DNA from: the human T2T-CHM13v2.0 reference genome, Homo sapiens
Direction: 5' to 3' (one strand)
Assembly: GCF_009914755.1 (NCBI RefSeq)
Contig: NC_060947.1
DNA length: 64,000 nucleotides
In this document: piece after piece, positions 32,301 through 47,400 of the stretch
Layout of the letters: every line of letters begins with the position of its first letter
How positions within the stretch are numbered: the first letter of the stretch is position 1
Made by a program: the position numbers and the translations under genes
Notes under the pieces: model-generated
What the model was told of the DNA's origin: nothing
The model's input: only the letters and a program-made list of their open reading frames with translations
Databases searched by the model: none

Positions 32301-34865
32301 AGAAAAACCTCACATGTTAATAATAACCTTAAGAGTAAATGGATTAAATACTTCAGTTAAAATATGTTGATTGGCTGAATGGATTTTAAAAAACCCAAAA
32401 ACCACAATCCAACTTCACACTGCCTACAGAAATCTAATCTCACTTGTAAAGACACATATTGACTGAAAGTAAAGGGAAGAAAAAAGATATTCCACACAAG
32501 TGGAAGCCAGAAGTGAGCAGGAGTAGCTCTATTAATATTAGATAAATAGATTTTATGTTAAAACCAGTAAAAGTCTATAGAATGGTTATTAAATAAAGAT
32601 AAAATGATCAATCTAGCAAAAATATATAACAATTCTAAATATATATGTACCCAACACCTGAGCACCCAGATTCACAAAATAAATATCAGGTCTAAATAAG
32701 GAAATAGACTGAAATATTATTTGGGGATTTCAACATCCCACTCTCAACATTAGATAGATCATCTAGACAGAAAATTAACAAAGAATCATTGGACTTAAAC
32801 TGATTTTTAGACCAAATGGACCTAACAGACATTTACAAAACATTCTAGTCAACAGCTACAGAGTATACATTCTTTCCAACAGCACATGGACATTCTCCGT
32901 GATAGACCATGTCAGGCAACAAAACGAGTCCCAACAAATTTTTAAAACTAAATAAAAATAATTTAAAGTATCTTCTCATATCACTATGAAATAAAACTAG
33001 AAATCATACAAAAGGGGACTTTGGAAACTATACAAATACATGAAATTAAACAATATGCTCCCAAACGATCATTTGGGTCAATGAGGAAACTAAGATGAAA
33101 ATAAAAAATAAATCTACGAAACAAATGAAAATAGAAACACAACATACGAAATCTGTGAGACACTGCAAAAGCATTATTAAGAGGGACAAGTTTATAGCAA
33201 TAAATACTTACATAAAAAAGAGTTTCAAATAAACAATCTAATGATGCACCTCAAGGAACTAGAAACAAGAAAAAACCAAACCCAAAATTAGCAGAAGAAA
33301 ATAAATAATAACGACCAGAGTAAAACTTAAAAATATAAAAGATCAATTAAATAAAAAGTTGGTTCTTTAAAAAAGCTAAGCATAATATCACCACTAAGTA
33401 GACTCAGCAAAAAAAAAAGAAAGAAGACCCAAATAAACAAAATCAGAAATGAAAATGGAGTCATTATGACTGATACCACAGAAATACAAAAGATCATCAG
33501 CGACTGTTATGGACAAGTATATGCTAATAAACTGGACAACCTAGAGGAAATGAATATATTTCTGGAAACATACAATCTACCATGATTGAATCAGGAAGAA
33601 ATAGAAAACCTCAACAGACCAATACCAGGTAGCATGATTGAATTGGTAATAACATGTCTACCAACAAAGAAGAGCCCAGATACAGATGGATTCATAGCCA
33701 AATTCTACCAAACATATAAAGAAAAGCTATTATCAATCTTCCTTCAACTATTCAAAAAATTTCAAGAGGAGTGAATTTCTACCTAATTCATTCTGAGGCC
33801 AGCATTATCCTGATACCAAAACCAGACAAGGACAGAACAACGACAGCCACAACATCATCAAAAAACCAAAGGCCAATATGTTTGGTGAACATAGACGCAA
33901 AAGTCTTCAACAAAATACTAGCAAATCAAACCCAACAGCACGTCAAAAAGATAATATACCATGATAAAGTGGGATTTATTCCAGGGATGCAAGGGTGGTT
34001 AAATGTATGTAAATCAATAAATGGGATACATGTCACCAATAGAATGAAGGACAAAAGATATGATTATTTCAATAGAGGCAGAAAAACCATTTAACAAAAT
34101 ACAACATCGCTTCATGATAAAATTTCTCAAACTAAGTGTAGAAGGAACCTACCTAAAAATAATAAAGGCCGTATGCAACAAACCCACAGCTAACATTATA
34201 CTGAGTGGGGAAAAATTGAAAGGCTTTCCTCCAAGGACTGGAACAAGACAAGGAAGTCCACTTTCACCACTACTATTGAACATAGTATTGGGAATCCTAG
34301 AAAGAGCAATAGGTCAAGGAAAAAAAATGGCATCCAAATTGGAACAGAGAAAATCATCTTGTTTCTCTTTGCAGACAGCATGATCATATATCTAGAAAAA
34401 AACAGAACTCCACCAAAAAAATCTCTTAGAAATGATAAGTTCTGTAAAGTTGCAAGATACAAAATTAACATAGAAAAATCAGTAGATTTTCTATACATGA
34501 ATAATGAAATAGCTGAAAAAGAAATCAAGAGGGCAATCCCATTTATAATAGCTACAAAAACAAAAAATATCTAGGAGTAAGTTTATCAAAGGAGGTGAAA
34601 GATCTCCTTAAGAAGAATTACAAAACATTAATGAAAGAATCATTGATGATACATAAAAATGGAAAAACATCCCAGGCTAATGGATCTGAAGAATTAATAT
34701 TATTAAAGTGACCATACTGTCCAAGCATCATACAGAATCAATGCAACCTCTATCAAAATACCAATGTCATTTTTCATAGAAATAGAAGTAACAATCCTAA
34801 AATTTGTATGGAACCAAAAAAGAGCCCAAGTAACCAAAGCAATCCTGAGAAAAAATAAGAAATCT

Positions 34866-36359
34866 GACTTTTAATGATAGCCATTATGATTAGTGTAAGA
34901 TAGTATCTCATTGTGGCTTTTATTTTAATTTATCTGATTATTCATTATGATGAGCATTTTTATATGTTCGTTGATCACTCTAATATCTTCTTTTGACAAG
35001 TGTTTGGGATTGTCCTTTTTCCATTTTTCAATAAGGTTATTTGTTTTTTGCTTGTTTAAGTTCCTTATAGACTGTAGGTATTAGGCCTTTGCTGAGTGCA
35101 TAGTTTGCAAATACTTTCTCCCATTCTGTAGATTATTTACTCTAGTCACAGTTTATTTTGCTTGGTAGAAGCTCTTTAATCAGCTCCTACTTGTCAATTT
35201 TTGTTTCTGTTGCAATTGCTTTTGAGACATAATCATAAATTCTTTCCCAAGGTCAATGTCCGGAATGGTGTTTCCTAGGTTTTCTTCTGGGATTCTTAGA
35301 GTTTGATGTATTGTATTAAATCTTTATCCATATTAGCTTTTTTTATACAGCGAAAGGCAGGGGTCTAGTTTCATTCTTCTGCCCATGGCTAGCCAGCTAT
35401 CCCAGCACCATTTATCAAATAGGGAGTCCTTTTCCTATTGCTTATTTTTGTCAACTTTTTCAAAGATAAGATGGTTGTAGTTGTGCATCTTTATCTTTGA
35501 GTTTTTTATTCTGTTCTATTGGTTTATGTACCTATTTTTGTACCAGTACTGTGCGGTTTTAGATACTACAGAGTTATTGTACAGTTTGAAGATGGGTGAT
35601 GTGATGCCTCCAGCTTTGTACTTTTTGCTTAAGATTGCTCTGGCTATTTGGACTTCTTTTTGGTTCCACATGAGTCTTAGCTGATGAAGCTGTGGAGAAA
35701 AAAGAATGCTTATACTACTGTTGGTGGGAATGTAAATTAGTCCAGCCACTATGAAAAAAGTTAGGAGATTTGTCAAAGAACTTAAAACAGAACTAACATT
35801 TGACCTCACAGTCCCATTACTGAATATATATCCAAAAGAAAGCAAATTGTTCTGCCAAAAAGACACATAGACTCATATGTTCATTGCAATACTATTCACA
35901 ATACCAAAGACATGGAATCAATATAGGTGCCCATCAATGGTGGATTGGATCATGAAAATGTGGCATAAATACACTGTGGAATATTACACAATTATAAAGA
36001 AGAATAAAATAATGTTCTTTGCAGCAACATGGATGCTGCTATGTGCCATTATCCTAAGCAAATTAACAATAACAACAACAACAACAATAAATACAACATT
36101 TTATCACTTACAAGTGGGAGTTAAACATTGGGTACTCATTGACATAAAGATAGCAACAATAGACACTGAAGACTACCTGAAAGGGGAAGGAAGGAGGGGT
36201 AAATGGGCTGAAAAACTAACTATTGAGTATTATGCTCACTACCTGTGTGATAGGACCATTTGTATTCAAAAGCTCAGCATCATCACACAATATACCTATG
36301 TAACAAATCTGCACATGTACCCCCTGAATCTAAAATAAAAGTTGAAATTAAAAAAAAAA
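34866..36359 (+). mobile_element. 5'-inverted (twin-primed) L1PA15/16-like insertion: inverted part ~34866-35678, forward part ~35680-36359
   Basis: A reverse-strand ORF2 block abuts a forward ORF2 end, 3'UTR and polyA. The two blocks are adjacent in L1 coordinates ('aaaagtca' / 'gctgatgaagctgtggagaaa'). Confidence 0.88.
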
Positions 36360-36399
36360 GTTGGAGGCATCACATTACTTGACTTCAAAATATATTACA

Positions 36400-36810
<411 letters not shown>

Positions 36811-37579
36811 TCAACAAAGCCACCAAGGGCATATATTGGAGAAAAAACATCCTCTTCAATAATTTATTCTGGGAAATCTGGATAACCATATGCAGGAAAT
36901 GAAACTGGACCCCTATTTCTCAGCCTGTAGAAAAGTCAATTCAAGATGGATTAAAAACTTAAATATAAGACCCCAAACTATAAAACTACTAAAAGAAAAC
37001 GAGAAACTCTTCGGGATGTTGATCTAAGCAAATATTTTACAGCTAAGACTTAAAAAGCACAGAAAACAAAAACAAAAATAGACAAATGGGACTTATTTAT
37101 ACTAAAAACCGTCTGCATTGCAAAAGAAACAATCAGCACTGCTGGTGAAAATGTAAATTAGTACAACCAGTGTGGAAACAGTATGGAGATATCTCAAAAA
37201 AAGTAAAATTCCTATACCATCCAGGAATCCCACTACTGGGTATCTATCCACAGGAATAAAAATCAGTACACGAAAGGGATACATGAACTCCCAAGTTTAT
37301 CACAGCGCTATTCACAATACCGAAGGTATGAAACCAACCTATGTGACCTTTAATGGAAAATAAAGAAAATATGTTTTAAATACACAATGGAATACTATCC
37401 AACCATAAAATAATAAAATTATGTGATGTAGAAATATGGATGGAACTGAAGGTCATTATATTAAGTGAAATAAGCCAGGCACAGAAAAACAACTACCACA
37501 TGTTCTCACTTCAGCTTTTTACCTAAAAAACTTGATCTCATGAACATACAGAACATACAAACAGTCTAAGGAAAGTTGT

Positions 37580-37681
37580 TTTATGTTTCCCAGGATAGCC
37601 TCAAACTGCTGAGCTCAATTGATTCTCCCTCCTCTTCTCCCAAAGTGTTGGGATTGCAGGAGTGAGCCACTGTGCCTGGCC
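37580..37681 (-). mobile_element. Alu left monomer (FLAM/AluJ fragment)
   Basis: 'tcaaactgctgagctcaattgattct...cccaaagtgttgggattgcaggagtgagccactgtgcctggcc'. Confidence 0.85.
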
Positions 37682-38699
37682 AAAACATATATTATAACTT
37701 ATAATATTTATTACCACTTAAAGGTACTTAAATTAGTTCATTTACTTGAAGAAGACTAGGCATACATAATAGCTTTAATAAAATTGAAAAAAATGATGAA
37801 AACTATTTTTATCCCTTTGTAGTTAATGCCCCATGGAGGAAAATAAATTCAGCTCTAACTAGTAGTTTAAAGTGAGCTTGTGTCCCTGTGTCCTTGTGTC
37901 GTTTGCTAAGAAAAACATCAATGAAATACACCCTTAGGGATGGAAGAATGTAAGATCTGAACTTAATGAAGGGTGACAATGACTAATATTGATGTCCTTA
38001 TCACAAATGACAAGAGGGCTAGGCTGCTACTCTGCCATAATGGCCTTGTACCAGTTCAAAAGCTTATTATTTGAAAACCGTGGTGTTTGTGCCAAGATCT
38101 TTCAATGTTCATCAGCATAAAACAAGTTAGACTTCTGTCGCCCAATCTTTACACTGGAAAGAGTATGTGCCACTGTTGCTTTAGCACAACTTTCTCCCTG
38201 GATCATTTTGTAACTCTTAGCATACTAAGACCTCCCAGAAGGGAAAGGTGACTTTATGACTATTTTCTAAGCAATAATGAGAATGCTGCTTTCTGTAATA
38301 AGAAACTTTTTGGCTCTTTTTGGCTAAATTAACTCTCTTTTAAAAAATGTTTAAATTTACTAGTGTCTTTGTGAAGGAAAGTATGTATATGATATAACAT
38401 ATTTAGATAAACGGGGTTTCATACTTTAAATAACATAATACAATCTCCTCACAGACTATATCCACATGTATTACCTAGGCTTACTGCCTGATATAATTAA
38501 CAATAAAATGAAAAGGAAACTCATGGATGGAACATTATGTTCACACCAAATTTTGTCATAAACAGTGTTACTTAGGGTGTACTAATGTGGGTCTTTTCCC
38601 TATTAGTAAAATAAATGCAATTATTTTGGAGGAGTTTCAAGGGAGGACTTAGTTCTTGGGTTAAGATAGCAAATTCCACCTAGATGTTTATTTCCTTTT

Positions 38700-39140
38700 C
38701 TGTGGCAAATATGGAAATTTGCCTCTCATATCAATTTTCCCTTTTTACCTGGTAATACAATCCCTAATTTTTAGCTGGGTACATTTTTCAATGGCTATTG
38801 TAATGCTGTGTGGCCAAATGACTAAGATCCAGTTAGTGAAATGTAATATAATGAGGGTGCCCTTCTTTGCCACTTCTGCTTTCCTTCTGGCTGAAATCTG
38901 TATATTATGGCTGAGATGAACCAGCCTTCTTGGGCCATGACCTAGAAGCCATACATTGAGAAGGTTGGAAAAAGGAGCTAGAAGGAACTGAGACCTCCAA
39001 TTATCAGGGAACTACAATTTCAGTGCTGGACTGCTTACCTCTAGATTATGTTGGTGAAAAAAATAAATGTATACATTGTTTGAGCCACTCTTGTTTGGGA
39101 TTTTCTGCCATCCATAGCCAAACCTATCCTTAACTGACAA
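38700..39140 (+). mobile_element. MLT1J-like LTR
   Basis: 'tgtggcaaat...ggtaatacaatccctaatttt' to 'tttgagccactcttgtttgggattttctg...agccaaacctatccttaactgaca'. Confidence 0.65.
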
Positions 39141-40021
39141 ACCAGCCTCTAAAAATCCAATTACAATGACAAAATAAAGGAAAATATCCATAGAATTGAA
39201 AAACAAGAAAGGATTCTCTCAAAAAATCCAGAATATTTGAGAGCACTTTGAAAAAATATAAAACATTAAATACTTTTCATCATGTTTGAAATATTTCACA
39301 AATAAAAATTAAACAAAATGTTTGGTAAAATATTAAGAGAAAATCCAATCACAACCGATAAATCTGTAACAAAAAAGAAAAAATATACTTCCCCACCTAA
39401 GATATGATTAGGCTGGTTTCCTTTAAAAAAAAAAAAAAAAAGAAGTCACAATACCATAGAAAGCCCATAGAAAACCCCAAAACTCAGAATTGCAAGGATC
39501 AGTGCTAGAGCAACCAGCAGAGTGACAAGAAATTATTGATTTGTATCAATCTCCAACCTCATAAAATTGTCTTCCCTCATATGTAGTAAGGGAAGCTATC
39601 CAAAGGACTCACTTCCATAGATTGCTTGTTGAATAAAGTACAATAAAATAAATGTATTATAGACTGCTAATGTGAGGTTGGATTCCAAAACTCAGTTGAC
39701 TGAACCGCCATGACAGAAAAGTAACTTTTTTAAAGGCTCAGAAAACAGCAAACTCCCTAACAGATCTCTGCCACTATAGTACTTCTCTTCTTCAATAATA
39801 ACTACCACTTTAAAACCAAACAAACCCAAATCTAGGCTCCCAGAAGACAAGTCTCTAGCAGAGCCTGAGAACACTAAATGAACCATTAGTTTCTGAATTA
39901 TTTGCCAATTAAGAACAATCTAAGGAAAGTTGTGTTTGGCCACACACTTACTTACATCTGCCATCACATAACTCAGTGCAAGGGAAGCCCTAACCGATAG
40001 GTGTATTCCTAACTTGGGTGA

Positions 40022-40356
<335 letters not shown>

Positions 40357-40735
40357 TGTTATTCTTCTTTAATGGTAGAATCCCCAAGTTTTAGTTGTGC
40401 ATATTACCATCAAACTAGATACCACATGTCCTAGTCTCCCTTGCAATCAGGTGTGGCTGAAAAATGTGATGTGTGCAGCTGCTGGGTAACATCTTTAATA
40501 AGGTTACTTATTGCTCTCTTCTCCATCTTTTCATCTTTCCACTTTTATTGCTGGAAAATGGCAGCAATTGGAGCAGCCCTTTTGGACACAAATATGGAAG
40601 CTCCATGTGGAAGCATGGCAAAACCATTTCTTCTAGCTCACGTCTGGATTTTTATAAGAGAAAGATAAAATTTAAACTTGCATAAACCTCTGAAGTCTGG
40701 CACCTCATTATTACAGCAGCTTAAGCTATAACATA
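40357..40735 (+). mobile_element. MLT1J-like LTR (host of the AluY)
   Basis: 'ttaatggtagaatcccc...accacatgtcctagtctcccttgcaatcaggtgtggc', ending 'ttacagcagcttaagc'. Confidence 0.55.
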
Positions 40736-40749
40736 GTCCATGACACATG

Positions 40750-41230
40750 AAGGGAAGCCCTGAACATGAATCCAGTCATTAGGAAGCAACCAGAAAATTA
40801 TAGATTCTAGGACATTCTTAATATAATGGCCTAGAATCTTTAAAAGGACAAAAAAAAAAAAAATCCCAAACAAACAAAACAAAACAAGCCAACCATTCTA
40901 GATAAAGGAATTTAAGAAGATTTGGCAACTACAAGTAATTCATGATTCTTGAATGCCTCCTAGATTTAACACATAAAAGCACATTCATAAAGAACATTAC
41001 AGAGAAAATTGAGGTATTTTTACTTGCACAATATATTAGATAATATTATCACAATGCACATCATGGAGAATGGGGTATCCATACCCTCAAGCATTTATTC
41101 TGTCAAAATTATTAGGTTTGATAATAGTGGTGTGGCTATGCAGCAGGATATGTTTGATCTAAGAAAATAGGAGTGAAAAATTATGTTTTCAATGTACTTC
41201 AAATTACTCAAATACAATAATATCTGTATA
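40750..41230 (+). mobile_element. L1MC-type 3'UTR fragment
   Basis: 'cctgaacatgaatccagtcattaggaagcaaccagaaaa...ggacattct', 'caactacaagtaa', 'atattagataatattat...ggtttgataatagtgg'. Confidence 0.55.
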
Positions 41231-41408
41231 TATATATACACACACAGATATATACATACATATATGGGAATAATTATAATTTTAATAATTGCATACAAAT
41301 GTGAATATAGTTTTATAATTTCATACTAATTAGAATAATTATAATTTCAATAGACAATCAAAAAGAATTTGATCAAATTCAAAACTTCTTTTTTATAAAA
41401 GCATTTAG

Positions 41409-44400
41409 GAGAGAGAGGTATAGCAAGATGGTGGAATGGAAGGCTTCACTGATCATTTCTCCTGCTAAAACACCAATTTAACAACTACCTACACAGAGAA
41501 AATACCTTCATAAGAACCAAATATCAGCTGAGTTCTCATAGTATCTGTTTTTGTCTTCATATCACTGAAAGAGATACTGAAGATATTTTTAAAAAACAGT
41601 CTTGAATTGCCACTCCACCCCTCCCTCACCCCCTGGCAGCAGAGGCATGGCACAGAGGGCATCTCTGGGTATTGAGGAGGGAGAACACAGAAATTGTGAG
41701 GCATTAAACTCAGTGCTGTCCTGTTAGAGCAGACAGGGAAACTGGACAAAACCCAGCTGACACTGGCCCATGGAAGGAGAATTTAAATAAGTCCTAGCCA
41801 GAGGGGAATTGCCGATTCCAGCTATCCAAATTTGAGTTGCTGCGAACCTGTCAACTGAAGTCTAAAGTACTCTGGGTCTCTAAGTAAACTTAAAAGGCAG
41901 TCTAGGCCATAAGGATTACAAGTCTTGGGCAAGTGTTAGTGCTAATCTGGGCCCAGAGACAGTGGACTGAGGGGGCACATTATCTACTGGGACAAAAGCT
42001 AGGGCATCTAAGGGAGCATGGGTATTACTCCTCCCATAATCCCAGGCTGTACAGCTAACAGCTTTGAAAGGGACTCCTTCCTTCCACTTAAGGAGAGGAG
42101 AGGGAACAGTGGAAAGGACTTTGTGTTATTCTTGGATACCAGCTCAGCCATAGCAGTATGGGGCAATTGTCAGAGTCATGAGAGCATTGTTCCAGATGCT
42201 AGCTCACAGATGAAATTTCTAGGCATGTCTTGGGTGGGCCAGAAGAGAATATGCTGCCTTGAAGGGAATGGCTCAGTCCTGGCAGTATTTATCACCTGCT
42301 AATTGAAGAGCCCTTGGGCCCTGAATAACCAATAGCGATACCCAGGTACCATGTTGAGAGTTAAAGGTAAGACTCTGAGGCTTCCTGGCTTTATGTAAGA
42401 CACAGCACATTACTACCTGTGATGGCTATGGGACAAAATTCCTTTGCTTGAGAAAAGCAAGTGAAAAAGTAAAGAAAACTTTGTCTTACATCTTAGGTCC
42501 TAGCAGAGGCACAGGGAAGTAGAACACCAAGTAGGTTCTTGGAGTTCCCAACTCCAGGACTTGACTCTTAAACAGAATTTCTAGACCTGCCTCGGGCCAG
42601 AGCAGAGCCCACTGTCCCGAAGGGTAAGTCCCAGGAAAGGCCGCATTCACCACAAACTGACTTAAGATCCCTTCAACCTTAATGGAACATCAGCAGTAGC
42701 CTTGCAGTACTCTCTGTGGCCTGTAGTGGCAGTGGCTACTGTGTGACGCTCTTTTGCCTTTGGAAAAAGGAGAGAATAGTGGGAAGGTCTGTATCGTTTT
42801 GTATGAATGCCAGCTCAGCTACAATACAGTAGAACACCAGGTAGATTTTGAGGGTTTTTAACTCCAGTTCCTGACTCCTGGACAGTACCTATGGACCTAC
42901 CCAGGACCCGGGAGACCTTTGCTACTCTGAAGGAAAGGCCACAGGCCTGGCTGGCTTTCCCAAATGCTGATTATAGAGCCCCAGGGCCTTGAATGAACAT
43001 AGGCAGGAGTCAGGGACTGAATAGAGCAGGACTTGAGAGAGAACCACTGCTATTCTGGCTTCAGGCCTAACCCAATACAGTCATAGTGGTGGTGTCCATA
43101 GGGGTGCATGTGTTATTCCTCCCCCAGATTTAGATGACTCAGAACAGAGAAATATACTCCTTTTGTTTGGGAGAAAGTAAGAGAAGAGAACAAGAGTCTC
43201 TGTCTGGTAATCCAGGGAATTCCCCCAGATCTTATCAAAGACTAGCAAGTTGGTACCTATACATGTCTGCAAGAACAACAGCATTACTAGGCTTTGGGTG
43301 CCCCCCTTTAAAGCAGATAAAGATTAGATCACAACACCCAAGTCTTTCAAATATCTGGAAAGCCTTCCCAAGAAGGATGGGTACACACAAGCCCAGACAG
43401 TGAAGACTATAATAAATAACTAATGTCTTAATGCCCAGAACTGAAGAACATCTACCAGTGTCAACACTATCTGGGAAAAAAATGATCCTACCAAATGAGC
43501 TAAAAAAGCCACCAGGGACCAGTCCTGAAAAAACAGAGATACGTGACTTTTCAGTCAGATAATTCAAAACCGCTCTGTTGAAGAAACTCAAAGAAATTCA
43601 AGATAACACAAAGAAAGAATTCAGCAGTCTATCAAATGTATTTAACAAAGATATTGAAATAATTAAAACTAATCAAATAAAAATTCTGCAGTTAAAAAAT
43701 GCAATTGGCATACTGAAGAGATAGGAGTAGAAAGCTTACTTAAAGGGATAATAACAGAGAACTTCTAAACCTATGAATGTTATCAATTCTCAAAATACAA
43801 GAAGGTTATAGAACAGCAAGCAGATTTAGCCCAAAGAAGACTACCTCCAGGCATTTAATATGCAAACTTCCAATGATCAAAGAAAAATAAAGACTATTAA
43901 AAGCAGCAAGAGGAGGAAAAAAAAAAAAAAACAAGTAAGATAGAATGAAGCTCCAGTATGTCTGCCAGCAGACTTTTCAGTGTAAATCTTACATGCCAGG
44001 AGAGTGTGGCATGACATATTTAAAGTGCTGAAGGAAAAAGCTTTTACCTTGGAATAGTATATTCAGTGAAAATATCCTACAAACTTGGAGGAGAAATAAA
44101 GACATTCCCAGACAAACAAAAGCTGAGGGATTTCATCATCAGACCTGTCCTACAAGAAATGCTAAAGGTGGTACTTAGAAAGAAAGGGATGTTAACGAGC
44201 AATAAATAATCACCTGTGGGTACAAAACTCACTGGTAATAGCAAGTATATGGAAAAACACAGAATATTGTAACACCATAAATGTAGTATTTGAATTATTC
44301 TTATTCTAAATAGAAAGACTAAATAATGAACCAAACAGAAATAATAACAACTTTTCAAGACATACACAGTACACAAAGATATCAATAGAAATAACCAAAA

Positions 44401-47400
44401 ATTAAAAAATGGGAGAATAAAGTGAAGGCATATACTTTTTATTAGATTTCTACTTGCTTGTTGGTCTGTTTGTTTATGAAAACAGCATTTAGTGGTTATC
44501 AGCTTAAAATAATGGATTATTGTTGCAGGAATTCAGGGACCCCGAATGGAGGGACCAGCTGAAGCCATGGCAGAAGAACATAAATTGTGACGATTTCATG
44601 GACATTTATTAGTTCCCCAAATTAATACTTTTATAATTTCTTATGCCTGTCTTTACTGCAATCTCTGAACATAAATTATGAAGATTTCATGGACATTTAT
44701 CACTTCCCCAATCAATACTCTTATAATTTCCTATGCCTGTCTTTACTTTAATCTCTTAATCCTGTCATCTTCGTGAGTTGAGGATGTATGTCACCTCAGG
44801 ATCCTGTGATGATTGTGTTATCTGCACAAATTGTTTGTAGAGAATGTGTGTTTGAACAATATGAAATCTGGGCATCCAAAAGGAACAGGATGGCGCGATT
44901 TTCAGGGAACAAGGGAGATAACCATTGGGCCTGACTGCCTGAGGGGCAGGACAGAGCAGAGTCATATTTCTCTTCTTACAAAAGCGAATAGGAGAAATAT
45001 TGCTGAATTCTTTTTCTCAGTAAGGAACAGCCCTGAGAAAGAGAATGCATTCCTAGGGGGAGGTCTCTAAAATGGCTGCTCTGGGAATATCTGTCTTATA
45101 TGGTTGCAGATAAGGGATGAAATAAGCCCCTGTCTCCTGTAGTGCCCCCAGGCTTATTAGGATTAGGAAATTCCTGCCTAGTAAATTTTAGTCAGACCGG
45201 TTGTCTGCTCTCAAAACCTGTCTCCTGATAAGATGTTATCAATGACAATACGTGCCCAGTGGGACATGAAACTTCATCGACAATTCTAATTTCACCCTGG
45301 TCCTGTTATCTCACTCTGCCCCCATTTGCCTTGTGATATTTTGTTGCCCTTGAAGCATGTGATCTCTGTGACCCACACCCTATTCATACACTCCTCCCCT
45401 TTTGAAATCCATAATAAAAACTTGCTGGTTTCGCAGCTCAGTGGGCATCAAGGAACCTGCCGATATGTGATGTCACCCCTGGACACCTAGCTTTAAAATT
45501 TCTGTCTTTTGTACTCTTTCCCTTTATTTCTCAGACTGGCCGACACTTAGGGAAAATAGAAAAGAACCTACATTGAAATACTGGGAGCTGGTTCCCAAGA
45601 TGGATTATATTATTTGCAAATCTCATGGTAACCTCAAAAACTTATACAACGGATACACAAAAAATATAAGTCAAGAAACTAAATCATATTACCAGAGAAA
45701 ATCACTCTCACTACAGGAAGGCAGGAAGGAAAGAAAGAAGGAAGAAAAGATACAAAACAACCAGAGAGAAAAATAACAAAATGAAATAAGTAAGTGTCCT
45801 TGTTTAACAGTAATAACATTGAATATAAATAGACAAAACTCTCCAATCAAAAGACATAGACTGGCTGAATAGAAGAAAAAAACAAGATCCTCAGATCTGT
45901 TGCCTAGAAGAAACACACTTCATCTATATAGACACACGTACACTGAAAACAAAATGATGAAAAAAGGTATCCCATGCCAAAGAAAACCAACAAATGTCAA
46001 ACAAAATAGGTTTTAAGACAAAAACTACACGAACAGATAAAGTCACTACATAATAATAAAGGAGTAAATTGAGCAAAAGGATATAACAATTGAAAATATA
46101 TATGCACCCAGTACTTGAGTACCCAAATATATAAAACAAATATCACTAGAACTAAAGAGAGAGATTGGCCTCAAAACAATAAAAAATGGTGACTTCAATA
46201 CCCCACTTTCAGCACTGGACAGATCTTCCAGTCAGAAAGTCAACAAAGAAACATCAGACTTAATCTGCACTACAGACCAGATGGATCTAATAAATATTTG
46301 CAGAACATTTCATCCAATGGCTGAAGAAAACACATTATTTTCCTCAGCACATGGCTCATTCTCAAGTATAGACCATATGCCAAGTCACAAAAAAGTCTTA
46401 AAATATTCAAAAAAGTTGAAATTATATCAAGCATCTTCTGTGACCACAAGGGACTAAAACTACAAATTAATAACAAAAGAAATTTTTGTAACTATAAAAA
46501 TACATGCAAGTTAAACAATATGCTCCTGATTGATCAGTGGGTCAATGAAGAAATTAAGAAAAAAAATTGAAAAAATTATTGAAATAAATCATAATGGAAA
46601 CATAGCACACCAAAACCTATGAGATACAGCAAAAGGAGTACTTAAGTGGGAAGTTTATAGTTATAAGTGCTTATTTTTAAAAAGCCCTTCAAATAAACAA
46701 TCTAATGATGCATATTTAAGAACTAGAGAAGCAAGAGAAAACAAAACTCAAAATTAGTAAAAGAAAGATCAGAGTAAAGATCAGAGGTGAAATAAATGAA
46801 ATTTAAACAAAACAATAAAGATGATCAGTGAAAACAAGTTTGTTTTCTGAAAAGTTAACAATAATTGACAAATTATTATTAGTCAGATGTCTAACTAAAA
46901 AAGAGAGAAGATCCATATAAATTTATTGGCTACTAAGAGTATCTACATGCCAATAAATTGGAAAATCTAGAGGAAATGAAACAATTCCTAAACACAGATG
47001 ACCTACCAAGATTGAACCAGGATGAAATCCACAATCTGAAAAGACCAATAACAAGTAATGAGATCGAAGCTGTAATAAAAAGTCTTCCACTAAAGTAAAG
47101 CCCAAGAGTTGATGGCTTCACTGCTGAATTATATCAAACTTTTAAAGAATAATACCAATCTTACTCATCCAATTTCAAAAAATAGAGAAAAATGAATAAT
47201 TCCAAACTCATTTATGTCACATCAAAAAAAACCCCCAAAAACTACAGGCTAATATCCCTGATGAATATTGATTCAAAAATTCTCAATAACATACTAGCTA
47301 ACTGAATTCAACAATACATTAGAAAGATCATTCATCATGACTGACTGGAACTTATCCTTGTCATGCAAGGATGGTTCCACATATGCAAGTCAATCAATGT

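Noticed and set aside
36063-36092. (AAC)n tract giving poly-Thr in a 153-aa ORF
   Set aside because: Microsatellite expansion within an L1 3' region.
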